From: Octopus sinensis
Taxonomy: Eukaryota
Assembly: GCF_006345805.1 (NCBI RefSeq)
Contig: NC_042999.1
Location: forward strand, 51,584,001-51,648,000
DNA length: 64,000 nucleotides
Direction: 5' to 3'
In this document: positions 50,840-64,000 of the stretch, piece after piece
Layout of the letters: each line of letters opens with the position of its first letter
Position numbering within the stretch: position 1 is the first letter of the stretch
The notes under the pieces: generated by a model
Databases searched by the model: none
What the model was told of the DNA's origin: nothing
What the model saw: only the letters and a program-made list of their open reading frames with translations
Made by a program: the position numbers and the translations under genes

Positions 50840-51055
50840 GGCGATGAGCTGGCAGAATTGTTACCACGTCGGGCATAACGCTTAACAGTATTTCGACCAT
50901 CTTTACGTTCTGAGTTCACATTCTGCAGGGGTACCTTGCCTTCCAACTTTTTGGAGGTCGATAAAATAAATAACAGTTGGATACTGGAATCAATATAACC
51001 GACTTATCCCTCCCCCGAAATTGCTGGTCTTGTGCCAAAACTTGTAACAACATTA
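50840..51055 (+). mobile_element. SINE family A (3' type 2), diverged
   Basis: Has the family head and core. Confidence 0.85.
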
Positions 51056-51568
51056 TTAGTTATTCAACATAATATTTAAAAAAATATTTATTCTGATCAC
51101 AAAGTAAACATCTTTCCTTCCAATTATTTAATCTCCAAAATAAACATCAAACTTATCTCAAAATCTATTTATTATTTATTAAACTTAAAACTACATTTCG
51201 TAACTAACAACTTGATATTGGAAGCAGGAATCATATGGAAAGCAACCTGGTTCTCGAATATCTAAAATCACGAATTGGCTGTTTGAAATAATAAATACAT
51301 TGAAGAGTAGTTATAGAAGTTTTTTTCTTTTTATCTCATAGAGTAGGTGTATGGCATTTTAAAGCCTATAACAAGAGCAAGTTGTATTTCTCATAGAAGC
51401 CAAACAGTATGACATGTTTTACATAAATAAAGCCCAAAATCTGATATGAGATTTTTAGTTAATACTGTGTCTACTGAACTTCTAGGTTTCCCCAGAATTC
51501 CAGTTACTTTCAGACAACACCAGGTTCTATATCGTTGAACTGAAATTTACTTTAGGGTTTGATGAGAG

Positions 51569-51626
51569 AAAATATCGTTTTAAATTAAAGGACAAAATAT
51601 CGTTTTAAATTAAAGGACAAAATATC
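51569..51626. repeat. Exact 25-bp tandem duplication
   Basis: aaaatatcgttttaaattaaaggac x2 plus aaaatatc. Confidence 0.95.
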
Positions 51627-52634
51627 TTAATTCAAAGAATCTCCCACAATAACATCTATTATTTGGATTTCCATCTAACATTTCCCATAGCATCCTGAAA
51701 TCCACTTAAATCCTCAATATTTTTAACTCGGATATTGGCAAATAGTTCTCTAGAAACACAATGGCTTCTGGGATTTCAGTGTTCGACTATTGTCTCGTTA
51801 ATAGATTTTATTTAAACATTCTGGAGACGAAATTATAAACCCCTTTCAAAAACATTTAAACTCTCACTTTGAATGAGATTTGAATTTAATTATCGAGATA
51901 AGGGAAATTATATGAAGTTTTGTTGAAATGAGTGAAGATTTTTAAAACTTGGCATTCGTTATCAAGAAATTGTGAAATGGTAATTCGATGTGAAATTGCA
52001 AATAAGGGAACTGAACTCCATTAATAATACATTGAAAGAATTCTGTAATCAAGAATTATGGAGAGAAGTGGAGAAAAAAGGGAGTATCATATGAATATCG
52101 CTATTTTCATTATAATATATCATTAAAATAAAATAAATATGAAATTGCTTCAAAAATAAATTATTTTTAAAACGAAACTATTTCATGGGAAAGGGAAGTG
52201 GCTGACATTTTAAAAGATGGCGGCAGCCTTAAATGTAATCAGTTGACATTGAATTTCACAGGTTAATATAACTGCACTTCATTTATGTCTATTCACACCA
52301 ACAGATATTTTAGCACACCATAATGAACTCTATTCCATTTCTCCGTTATGGAAATAATTCCACGGCATTTTAACAAAGAACTCGTCATGGTTTACGCAAA
52401 CAAACCGCAAAAAATATTGTGATATCAATTTTTCTAGAGTAATTTTAGTTATTTAATATAAAATATTTTCTTTGGAATTCAGCAAATTTGATTAATGCAA
52501 ATAGTTTGGAAGAGGCCAAAGATGGGTGATACTTTGTTTTGATGCATATAAAAGCATCTCTGTAACTTTATTCACGAAGAATATTCTCTGATAATGAACT
52601 ATTCTTGGTTGATCTTTGATAATTTCCCAGTTTA

Positions 52635-53925
52635 CAGGGTGGGGAAGCAAAATTTACAATGAACGTTAAGTTGTTTTTTCTCAGCAGGCACTAAGTCAAT
52701 TGTTTTGAAACCTAGCATATATTGATGTCATAATCCTACCTAACACTGTTATCCTTACCTTTGCAGAAACTTTTACCCATATGAGTAATCAGGAAAGCAA
52801 ATGCCTAAGAGTGTGTGATTTGCTGATTGCGCTCGTCACACCAAAAGAGAATCCAAGAATAGTTGGAGTGTCCATAAAGACTGTTTATAATGTAAAGAAT
52901 AGAATGACTATGAGCAAAACTATTACGAGGATGTCTGGAAGTGGAGGAATCAACAAAAAAACGCACCAAAGCTTTTATTAAAGCTCTCAAATTCAAAATC
53001 CTAAAGGATCCAACCAAATCCATGAGAAAAATGGCAATTGAACTTGGGGTAGACAAGAAGATCATTAGAAATGCAGTAAAATATGATTTGAGGTTAAAAT
53101 CTTACACAAGAACACCAAAACACTTGTTGACAACAGCTATGAAGGAAAAGAGATTGGAAAGGTGCAAGAAAATTATTACATGGTTCAAGAAAAATCCTCC
53201 ATTATAACGATCTGTTCTGATGAAAAGATCTTCACTGTTGATGCTGTTCTGAACCACAGAAATGACAGATTTATCACAAAATCAACAGCTGAGTTTAAGG
53301 AGACATTCAAAACAAAACATCCAGCTCAAGTTATGGCTTTTGGTGTTGTGGCTTCCGATGGAAAGAAAACGCCTATAAAATTCTACAAAGCTGATGAAAA
53401 GATCAATGTTAATACTTACTACAAGACTCTGAGATACCAGGTATTGCCATGGCTTAAAGCAAACTACCCAGATAGTAATTGTGTATGGACACAGGGCGGT
53501 ACTTCAGCCCACACAGCTAGAAAAATACAAGATTTCTGCAAATCCAGCTTTAGCAATTTTTGGGAATCATGTTTATGGCCGCCTTCTAGCCCAGATCTAA
53601 ATCCTCTGGATGATGCTATTTGGGGCGTTTTAGAACATGCTACCAATAGAGCATCACACAGAAATGTCGATTCTCTTAAAGATACTATTAAAGAAGAATG
53701 GGAGAAGTTGTCTCCCGAATATTTGAGGAACACTTGCGCAAGTTTCAGGAAGCGTGTGAAGGCAGTTATTGAGGAAGAAGGAGGACACATAGAGTAAAAA
53801 ACATTTTCTACTATGTAAATTTTCTTGTGGCAAATAAATTCTCATGACTTCCAATAAACTAATTGGTCATACACAGTCTTTCAATCCCTGCCTCAAAATA
53901 TTGTACATTTTGCTTCCCCACCCTG
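52635..53925 (+). mobile_element. Full-length Tc1/mariner DD37D (maT) transposon, 1291 bp, defective
   Basis: 26-bp TIRs cagggtggggaagcaaaat(t/g)tacaat (1 mismatch), with TA TSDs at 52633-52634 and 53926-53927. Confidence 0.96.
52781..53797 (+). pseudogene. DD37D transposase pseudogene (2 frameshifts; second catalytic D mutated to G)
   Basis: Three consecutive ORFs (52781, 52941, 53162). SDEK...WTQ(G)G-37 residues-SPDLNPLD...EGGHIE*. Confidence 0.92.
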
Positions 53926-55249
53926 TATAAGAAATAATTTTGCAGTAAAAGAAAATCAAAGATATTGCTTGATCAAGTGTAATCAGTATAAAGCTGTGAT
54001 TTTGAACTGCACAATACTTCGCTGATGTGGCAAGTCACAGAACCAATCCTGGGGAATGGTTTCTATTCCTGGGTTAATATAATTCCTAAAACTGTTTGGG
54101 TATCTTAATGGTATAAATCACTTAATGTAGCGTTTGATAATCAAACAGATGAAAGTGAGGAGAGAAAGACATGGAAAAACAAAGGATGGAGAGATATAAG
54201 GGGAGAGAGAACAGTGGATAAAGGGAGAGGGACAGAGGAGGAGCAGTGGATTGAGAGAGGTGGGTAGAGGCAGAAGTAGAATGATGGGAGAGAGAGAGAA
54301 CAGGAGTAAGAAAGGAATATTCTTGCAATTATATAAAAAAAAAAATGGAATGAGCTGTACTGTAATATATTTCTTTATTAATCTGTCGGTAATTAGCTTA
54401 TAGAAGACATCGGAAGTTATCAATTAGTAACAGACTATAATTAGTCAAGGTTACTTATAGAATGGTCAACACGAAAATGTGCAATAATACTTTATATAAA
54501 TGGTAGTTGAGTCCCAGGTCTGCTTCCCTCAAACAAAACTACAATTGAAGAGATTGCAGCTATGATCTTCGATTCCGACATAATGTATCTAGAATAACAT
54601 AATTAAATGTACTTTATTTGGAGGAAGGGTTGGCTATTATTTCTAGCTGATCGGACAACTCAAACCTTACGAAGAAGTAATATTTTATGTTGGAGAAGAT
54701 AATCATAGTATTTTGTATTGAAATAATATCTAAACTGAAGCGGGGGGAATGGACCAGTATGTGAAAACCTTCAAAATAGTCACCACATATAGAGAAAAAT
54801 ATTTATATAATTTACTATACAGAGGATGCTGTAGCGATACAATAATTTGGTAAATTTATATACCACGCCATGTGTCTCCAAGCAATCTTTCAGGTTCAGT
54901 GTACACCGTAAAACCTATTTGAATACCAGGACGTTTTTCTAAGAGAAAACACAAGAAAAAACAGAGGAAAATCGCGAAGAAGGTTGAGATGCATAAGGTG
55001 GAACGATAAGAAAGAAAAGAAAACAAAAATCTGTAGAGGTTTATCTGCAGAAATCTTAATTAATCCAGCTGGTGCAGAGTAATATAACGGAGAGAAGGCC
55101 AGAGTGTGTGAGACTGCTATTTAATCGGGAGATGGTGGTGTCCTTCAGTTCGACCAATAATTTTTATTCATGTGCTTGCGTTTGGTAAAAATTTCGGATC
55201 TGGAATTAAATTGTTGGTGGGATTCTTGGACCTAAAAAGAGTATGTGAT

Positions 55250-55790
55250 ATTTCATAACTAGCATATTTTTGATCAATTTATACATGGTGTAGATTTATT
55301 CACGATTCTCCACTTGACTGTATGTGGTGTGCAGTCGCTCTCGAGATCCTATACATGGCTAGCCAACTTAGCAGCTTTATTGTTATCAATGTGTCGGAAA
55401 GAAGGCTGGTGGTTTGCATAACGGCTTTTAAAATTGTCTTCGCATAAACCGACGGACATAAAATTTCTGCTTGATTACGTTATCTTAGAGCGCTGCTATA
55501 ACTTCGGTTTCATAAATAACTGAGTTTATCCTGGGTGCTTGATCGAGCGGGCAAACATCAGGATCTCGACAGTTACAACTGGGAGTCGGCTCTTGGCGTG
55601 ACATGCGAGTGATAATGTCCTTCATACTGGGGCAGCAGCTCGAGGAAATTTTTATCGCTCGTCTATTAAGAATTTTCATGTATTTGTGGTTTACAGGGAA
55701 GTGCTCATTAAACAATGCCAGGAATTTGTTTCCTATGTTAGCTTTAACATTTAAGAAGAAAATGTGAGGCAACAATATTATTTTGCTTCA
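55250..55790 (-). mobile_element. Penelope-like element C-terminal fragment (RT-EN linker plus GIY-YIG)
   Basis: NIGNKFLALFNEHFPVNHKYMKILNRRAIKISSSCCPSMKDII...CNCRDPDVCPL..SVIYE is followed in other frames by YVGLCEDNF, SRYANHQPSFRH and KWRIV. Confidence 0.85.
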
Positions 55791-56154
55791 TCTATTTCAA
55801 GGCTTCATATTTTTAACTGAAGAATTATATGATACCTTATCATTGAAGCTGCTGTCATCTAAGGCCTTGTTATAGTAGTGGGCGGGGCTGATATATCAAA
55901 TATTTCTTCTGAAGAGGATAGACTAGGTATTCTATTACTCATGTTAGCTTTCGGGCTTTTTAAACACCATAGTGGAGTATGTGTGACAGAAGGGGTTTAT
56001 GTCTATACGTCAGTTTCTCATTCGGTTTATGACAGGGTTTATAAGAGCGTGAGTTTCGGTCTAGAGATATATCTAAGAATCAACAAAATACTACATACAG
56101 TAATTCTGAGGCCTATATGTGTGCGTGTGTGTGTGTGTGCATATATATATATAC

Positions 56155-56315
56155 ACGAGAGGCTTCTTTCACTTTCTACCAACCGAATCTACCCACAAGG
56201 GTTTGGTCGACTGAGGCTATAGCAAAAGACTGTTGAGTAAGGGGCCAAGAAGTGGAACTGAACACGGAAACATGTGGTTGAGAAGCAAATTTATCACCAA
56301 ACAGTTACAGCTACG
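56155..56315 (-). mobile_element. SINE family B 5' fragment, diverged
   Basis: Aligns with 3990-4150. Confidence 0.75.
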
Positions 56316-57824
56316 TCTATCTATCTTTTCCGGTTTTAATATCATTCTTAGCAATCTTACATTTTATCTTCATATAACAACAATATTGTTTATACAATCA
56401 CTCATTGTACCCCATGATAATTTCCTCTGTATTAACATCATAGGTTTTATTAGCGTCTTGCTCCTTTAACTGGTAATTTACATCTTGATTTAGGGTCTTC
56501 CCCTACCCAGCCTTCTTTATAGACAGTTACTTACACATTTCCTAAAATCCTGACATTTATGACCATACCTAACTATAAACTGTCAATTCACTCCGTCTAT
56601 CCGTCCTAAACAGACACTGTCCTCTAGCCTTAGATTTGGTAGTTGATAAAAATGACCAATAAATTAAAAATGAACTACAATCATTTACAAGCTATGACCC
56701 GAACATACTTCATACAGCTCTTAGAAGTGTAGTATACTTTGAGCTACATTAGCAGCAACATGGACTTTTCGTCTCTTCTTGCTCTATTAGAGAATATAAG
56801 TAAAATTATATTAATGTGTCTAACTGATTAAAAAATTCTATTTATTTATGCAGCTGAGGATAGTCCTGCATTTACATTCATGTAATGATTGCATTGTTCA
56901 ATTAAATGGAGCTACTTGAAACTGTCGTATTGCATCACCTTTTGATATCCTGTTGCTTATTTATTTTGATTATATACATATCCATTTTGGCTATGACAGT
57001 GTTAAGACGTAATACACTAAATTCTTAAATTTGTTTAAATAATAAAAAAAGGAGAGGAGAAAGGCTGACAACATAAAAACAGACAGTATTTTGCTCTGCT
57101 AAACGTTATCTCTTAGATTATATTAAGTATGCATTAATAGATTATCTGTAGAAATACAGAGTGTTGCCACCCGAAACATGCTGTGACCTTCTGGGTAGCA
57201 GAATAATATAAAAGGAAGCGAATGTTCGATTTTTGGCGTTTTGACAGATTTAACAAAGACAAAGCATTAGAAGCTGAAAAGATTAAAGAAAAAATCATTT
57301 CATAAATGGAAAAATCGATATTTTTTGAAGACCTTTGTTTATTATGTTTTGCAATAAAACTGCATTATAGATGCCAGCAGGGATAGCGACTCCAACATCT
57401 AATCAATTGTTTTAATAAATGAAACGAAAAGAACCAAAAAGAAAACAAAAAAACACACCATTACTTGTATAAAATCAGTGGAAGTCATCTGTTGATGACA
57501 GCAGTAGAAACAATAGATTGTCTCAGTGTGGTTGATATTACTGGTATTGTGTAGTACAGGTGAAACTGCTATAGAAACGACTAGATCATAACAGATAATA
57601 ATATATCAACCATAAGTAACGACAGCTTTCATTGACTACATCTTATATAAAATGATAAAAAATTGAAATATTTAAAAAAGAAAATGCGCATGCGCATATG
57701 TTTGTTTTGTGATAAGTGATTTGGCAAAGCTTAGCAGTTTATGTAAAATGACAGTTTTTCAATAAGTTAGTGCGAGCACGCAACTATCTGTATATGTGTA
57801 CGCCATGAAGCATATATGAAAACA

Positions 57825-57877
57825 CATACATACACACACACCATACACGTATGTACATGTGTATGTGTATGTGCGTG

Positions 57878-57930
<53 letters not shown>

Positions 57931-57950
57931 GTGCGTGTGTGTGTGTATCT
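57825..57950. repeat. (TG)n microsatellite with GC interruptions
   Basis: Directly visible. Confidence 0.95.
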
Positions 57951-58025
57951 CCAACATATTGAATATATATCTTCACGTTGAATTTCTGTTTCCTTTATAA
58001 ATTCTTTGCAATTTTAATAATTTTT

Positions 58026-58226
58026 AAAACAATCATTTAACAATTCTATTAGCAATCCTTGTCCAAATGCAACAAGTGAGATTAGATATTTATCAGCGGG
58101 CGAACCTGCGATCTTATTGCTTCTCAAAACAATTATTTAACAATTCTATTAGCAATCCTTGTCCAAATGCAACAAGTGAGATTAGATATTTTGTCAGCGG
58201 GCGAACGTGCGATCTTATTGCTTCTC
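58026..58226. repeat. Tandem duplication of about 100 bp
   Basis: Units 58026-58125 and 58126-58226 differ by a few substitutions and a 1-nt indel. Confidence 0.95.
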
Positions 58227-58449
58227 AAAATCTAACTTCTTTTTTGTGGATTTTTTGCTATGGCAACGCAATGCAAAGGCAAGCATAGGTAGTTTGGAAG
58301 TTCGATTCACAACTTTGTGCGTTGAGCATCCGTTAGCACAATATAAGTATGAACATAAATATGTAAAGCCATTGTTCTGATGACAAAAATAGTATTTAGA
58401 AGCTGTTATAGAATGATGAGACGCTTAGAATTAAGATATTTAGCTTGTA

Positions 58450-58800
58450 TTTGATAGAGTTAATGTATTTAACTACAATTTTATAGGGTCAACGTGTTTT
58501 ATAGTGTTAATATGTTTAACTATTCTTTCATAGTATTACAACGTTTAGTTACTGTTTAATAGTGTTAATGTGTCTATTGTTTTATAGTGTTAAGATGTTT
58601 AGCTACCGTTTTATAGAATTCGGATGTTTAGTTATTGCTTTATAGTGTTGAGGTGTTTTGTTGCTGTTTTTCATTGCTAAGGTGTTTAGTAATTCTGTTA
58701 CAGAGTTCAGTTACTCTTTTCTAGCTGGAAGATGATCAGCAACTGTTTTATACTAATAATATATTTAGCAACTTTATTATAGTGTTTAGGTCTTAATATT
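58450..58800. repeat. Degenerate minisatellite, unit about 30 bp (tttatagtgttaagatgtttagctactgtt-like)
   Basis: Recurrent tttatagtgtt and tgtttag words. Confidence 0.7.
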
Positions 58801-59852
58801 TGCTGCGTGGAGTAGAGGAATGAATTGTTTGGAAATAAATTTGTTTAGTGATTGTTTTATTATGTTATGCTGTTTTATCTCCAATTTTGTAAAGATACTG
58901 TGTTTATAAAGTTAATGTTTACTAGTCTATAACAGTTTCTGCTCTATGTTTAAATTCGTTTCCAATAACTGACAACGGAAGGTAACGTCATAGAAATTAT
59001 TACTAACACATGAAATTCCAGGAGTAGAATTCATAGGTTTGGCGTAGAAAAGCTTACATAGTTGGTCATTTTGTTTTATAAACGTTGAATTTCCTTTCAC
59101 AAAGTGGCGATGACTGTGAGACGTGAATGGTGTTGAAAAGATTAAAAGATAGAAAAGAGAGAAACAAGAGGAAAGGCAGACAGTTTGTGACATATTTTCA
59201 ATTTCTAAGTGAAGGCATCTTTCAGCATCGGTATCGAAGGTGATATAATAACCATAATTTATACTCATTAGTGTGACTTTCTGTCAAAGGCTGCCACCTT
59301 TTATTCCTTTTCATACAAGTTACCAATTTCCTAAAAGCGTGTAAAATTTTTCTTGGGGCTAAAAGGAAGTTCAAGAAGCACCAAAAGTTCGGTTCCGCTC
59401 AGTCGCTAACGAGAGAGCATGTGGGGATCATGAACTTTACAAACTGGTTTCAATTACTAACGGAGTCTAATCAAATCCTGATAAATAATAGAACAATATT
59501 AATTACAAAGTAGCCTTGTATATTGAACAGTTGAGTCTGCAGCTCTTTGTTTGACAGCAAAGACAAAGAAGAAACCAAAATAAGACCAAGTACCGAGTCG
59601 TTAAGTTTCCGCTGAAATGAGCTGAACTAGTAGAATGTCGCCTCCCTTTCTCACTACAAGCAATATTTTTAATTACAAACAGGAAAGGGAGTGTTCCAGT
59701 GCTTCTACTACAGAAATACTACTACCATCTCATCTCTCTGATGTAACAAATTAACTCCATCAATCAAATCTATCATCTCTCACTCAAAATTCTCCAAACT
59801 AAAACAGAATGTTCAGTGGAATTATTTCATGACTGTTTTAGTGTGTGTGTGA

Positions 59853-59925
<73 letters not shown>

Positions 59926-60302
59926 TGTGTGTGTGTGTATGTGTGAGTGTTTGGTGTTAAGGCATTTAGGTTAAATGAATGTGTAGTGTTTCGGTGTATT
60001 TGTTAAAGTGGATCTACCTGTTCTTAACGCGCGCGCGAAAACACGCACACACACAAAATATCATTGCAAAGTCTGTTAAGTACCGGGTTAAAGTAGAAGT
60101 AACTTAAAAGTTATCTGCTCTTTAGTGTAGCTTCCGAGAATATCAATATTTATCATCGTTGAAGCAGTGAACGGAGTATTTCAGTGTCATCATCGTTATT
60201 GTGATGTTCGTTGCTAACATATTGCATCATTAAATTATTGTCTGTTGCTAACATATTGCAACATAGTGTTTCTGTCTGTTGCCAATATATTTCAACACAT
60301 AA

Positions 60303-60520
60303 GACGGCGAGCTGGCAGAAACGTTAGCACGCCGGGCGAAATGCTTAGCGGCATTTCGTCTGTCTTTACGTTCTGAGTTCAAATTCCGCCGAGGTCGACT
60401 TTGCCTTTCATCCTTTCGGGGTCGATAAATTAAGCACCAGTTACGCACTGGGGTCGATGTAATCGACTTAATCCGTTTGTCCCCTCTATGTTTAGCCCCT
60501 TGTGGGAAATAAATAAATAA
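60303..60520 (+). mobile_element. SINE family A (3' type 1), full length, young
   Basis: A-box-like tggcagaaacgttag, B box gagttcaaattcc (60375-60387) and an (AAAT)n tail. Confidence 0.95.
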
Positions 60521-60720
60521 GAAACGTTAGCACACCGGGCGAAATGCTTAGCAGTATTTCGTCTGTCGTTACGTTCTGAGTTCAAATTCCGCCGAGGTCG
60601 ACTTTGCCTTTCATCCTTCCGGGGTCGATAAATTAAGAATCAGTTGCGTACTGGGGATAGATCTAATCGACTGGACCCCCTCCCCCAAAATTTCGAGCCT
60701 TGTGCCTAGAGTAGAAAAGA
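60521..60720 (+). mobile_element. SINE family A (3' type 2), slightly 5'-truncated, directly after the previous copy
   Basis: Starts gaaacgttagcac immediately after the (AAAT)n tail. Confidence 0.93.
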
Positions 60721-61959
60721 ATATATTCCAACACCAATATATTGGTGTCTGCTAATAGCGTATTCTATCGTCATCCCTGTCATGTTGATGTCTATTGCTA
60801 AAATGTTGTAACATGTTGCATCTGTTGCTAATATATTCCAGTCATATAGTTGCCCGTTTCTAATATATTTCAGTGCTATGCTATTGCCTGTTGCTAATAT
60901 ATTCCAAATGTCATCAACTACAAGTTGCTGTCTGTTGCTAATATTATGAAAAACTGGTTTAAGACAAAATGAATTAAAATTGATGAGTCTTCAATATTGA
61001 GCCATAATTAATGTTGCAGTAATTAGCCATTCTTGTGAGACGATATTAGGAACTGATATTTCTATAATTAGAAGGCGAGAGTTTCAGACATTGGACGCTA
61101 TTGGTGAATCCCATCTCAGAGCTAGACGTTAACAATTCTACAGAATGAATTGTGGTATTATGGAGAAAAACCCGAATTTGTTGATTAAGAACATTTTCAA
61201 CCGAAAAGAAAATTATATATATATAAAAAAAACAAACTAATTTTACCAAAATAACACAATTTCATTTATCAATAGACACCATCAAAATTGACATTACTCA
61301 CACGCATATATATATACACAAACACACACAAACAAACATATGTATACACACAAAAACACATATAAATACACACAAACATACATATATATATAGACACAAA
61401 CACATATCTACACACAAAACACGTTTTACAGTTTATGTGGTTGAGAAATAATTTCAAAGATATTTTATGATTTCATGCAAAGAATACTCTTATATTATGG
61501 ATCTTAGATGTAAACCCGTATCATTTTAAAATTGTTTATACCAATACATTTTGACTTGGTATTATAACAGTTGTTATAAGAGCAAAAACAATCGATTAAA
61601 TCAATCACTCTACATTATTGGTGTTTCTTTAATCAATCTAAAATGTACGAAAATGTTTATTCGAGTGAGATTTTCTTCTGGAAGTATAACGGTTTTAGCT
61701 ACTGCAACACACTTAACCCAGTACTCTAATATTTACGTCCATCGTGTCCTTGTAGCTAATAGATGTATTTAGAAAACTTGGACTAACAAGTTTTCTTTAG
61801 AATATTTGTAACATAGGAACAGTGTTAATTATTACTTAACTAGTTAAATAAGACCAGCACAGTTGTAATGTTGTTAATTAATTAGCTAAGGCACAGTTTT
61901 GAGAATAGCTTGCTTGTTTAATTGTAGTTGGGGGTCTCCAGGAGAGAAAGCGCAGCGTT

Positions 61960-62480
61960 TCGGGGGTCTTCCTATCGACGGTTTTACAGTGCACCGGCTA
62001 CACTCATTAATATGAGGCTCCACCTATCGGTCCGACTGACTAGTATTCAACTTTAAGTTTTTTTCGGACCTCTCCAAACAGGTTTCGGCATTCCCGATTA
62101 ACCATATTCAATAGATGTTCGCTCAATTGTCAAATGGATCTCTTTCAAGATGGCGCTTGTGTGACGATGTTGGACACCAATTGATAACAGCCACCGTTTC
62201 ATTTTGGTTCCAATAAAACTCCTACATCCAACTTCAACAGGAGAGTATTACACTTCAAACAGCATCTATACAATCGTCTAGGAGCATCTCATAACGCTTG
62301 TCTTTCCTAACCTGAGCAGAATCAATATTGGCTTCATGTGGAACAGCTTATTTAACAAGATGGTGTTGTCATATCAGGTTTCTTCCTTGTTGATACTGGA
62401 AAGAGACGTTCACACCCTAAGAGACCTGCTACCACCTCCCAAACTCAATCGTCAACCGCTGATGGCTTACTCCTGTTTTG
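61960..62480 (-). mobile_element. HERO/NeSL-like RLE non-LTR retrotransposon 3' relic
   Basis: KPDM, VPHEANIDSAQVRKDKRYEMLLDDC and PVEVGCRSFIG match the RPD...ELTVPWEE...A.ERK..KY..L..C...PVEVGCRGF pattern. Confidence 0.72.
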
Positions 62481-62539
62481 GGTAACTGCATTGGCCTTGG
62501 TAGTGATATTGTTAATTAACCGTAGACGTACTACGGTAA

Positions 62540-62760
62540 ATTAATAAGTAAAATCTTGCAGTCTATTGTCGTTTCAGTCAATTGTTCTGTTTCCTTGCAA
62601 AACTTTAGCCTTACAAGGTCCTTCATTTATGCAAGCATTGCAAAAGTCCTCTTAGTATTTTCGATATGGCCAAATCCGCATCAAAGATGTTTGGTTCTTT
62701 GGGTTAAGTTTCTGGAATATTTCACCAGTGTATCTGAGAAAATTCCTCTCTGACGACCTA
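62540..62760 (-). mobile_element. Very degenerate R4-like subfamily e 3' relic
   Basis: ILRGLLQCLHK*RTL*G*SFARKQ loosely matches IVGALG..TKCL.ENL.KLGFS.KE. Confidence 0.3.
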
Positions 62761-63034
62761 TAACATACTTGCTTATCATCAGAAGTAGATCTTAATAGTG
62801 CAAAAAAACAAAACAAAAAACAAAAAACAAAAAACACCCATCCCGTCCACGTCATTGAAAATAAAGACGAAGATGAGTGTTTCGTATCTTTTTACTGAAA
62901 TTGGGCTCTCCTTGTCTGGCTGTAAGAAAGTACCACGTTGATGTTTGAAGGTACAATATACTGGTGTCAGCGGGTACTATAGACTAGTATAAGCATGTAC
63001 TGCACACTGCTGTAAAAAGCACTACTACTAATGC

Positions 63035-63086
63035 TGTTGCTACTACAACTACAACTACTACTACTACCACCACCACCACCACCACC

Positions 63087-63139
<53 letters not shown>

Positions 63140-63140
63140 C
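63035..63140. repeat. (CTA)n/(CCA)n trinucleotide microsatellite
   Basis: Directly visible. Confidence 0.97.
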
Positions 63141-63509
63141 GCAAGAAGGTATCGCATTTATGCTTAAAGCAGTAACAATAATAAAATGAGTTGTGTTAAT
63201 TTGTCCTGTCTATTTCTGGTTGCCATCAGCATTGTTAAATGGCGTAATTCAGTCTGTAAATATAAAAGACAGAAGACCGAAAACTGAAGTGGAGTCATCT
63301 TTTATTGAACATACGCAATCTCTGGCCATTCTGCAATATCACACTGCAGCCATTCGGTAGTCAAGAAACTTGTTCTCCTCGCATCTTCCTACTAGATTTA
63401 AAAAAAAAGCTATCTTTACTACACTCTCGATAATCTTTATATCACAGATCAAGCTGTCCACTCGGATGATCGCCAATAATCTGCTTCACTCACTCACTCA
63501 CTCGACTCG

Positions 63510-64000
<491 letters not shown>

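Larger units (their letters stand above)
60190..60950. repeat. Degenerate minisatellite (tctgttgctaatatattccaacat-like) interrupted by a SINE pair
   Basis: gttgctaa(c/t)atatt recurs at about 60211, 60244, 60279, 60825, 60891 and 60934. Confidence 0.75.

Noticed and set aside
35049-58226. Regular repeats (16 bp at 35049, 25 bp at 51569, 100 bp at 58026) as CRISPR arrays
   Set aside because: There are no unique spacers and no cas genes, and the context is eukaryotic.

Overview
This is AT-rich eukaryotic DNA, dense in microsatellites and transposon debris. The SINE families, microsatellite spectrum and RLE-LINE load resemble those I recall from octopus (coleoid cephalopod) genomes; that assignment is inference, not a database result. 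I find no supportable host protein-coding gene, rRNA, tRNA gene or CRISPR array, so the window is probably intergenic or deep intronic. Most ORF-track entries are translated microsatellites. The real protein-like signal comes from mobile elements: about 15 fragments of R4/Dong-like non-LTR retrotransposons in roughly 5 subfamilies, one HERO/NeSL-like fragment, CR1, RTE and L2-like relics, two Penelope-like GIY-YIG fragments, three mariner copies, a full-length DD37D (maT) Tc1/mariner element, a hAT element with 8-bp TSD, a non-autonomous Helitron, a foldback element and several tRNA-derived SINE families. The most interesting observations are: (1) the RLE subfamilies appear to split by microsatellite target, (TAA)n versus (CATA)n; (2) a type I hammerhead ribozyme core at 6783-6829 on the minus strand; (3) a near-perfect 66-nt hairpin at 43109-43174; (4) a short inverted LINE copy with a twin-priming-like junction. 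Boundaries of degenerate relics are approximate.
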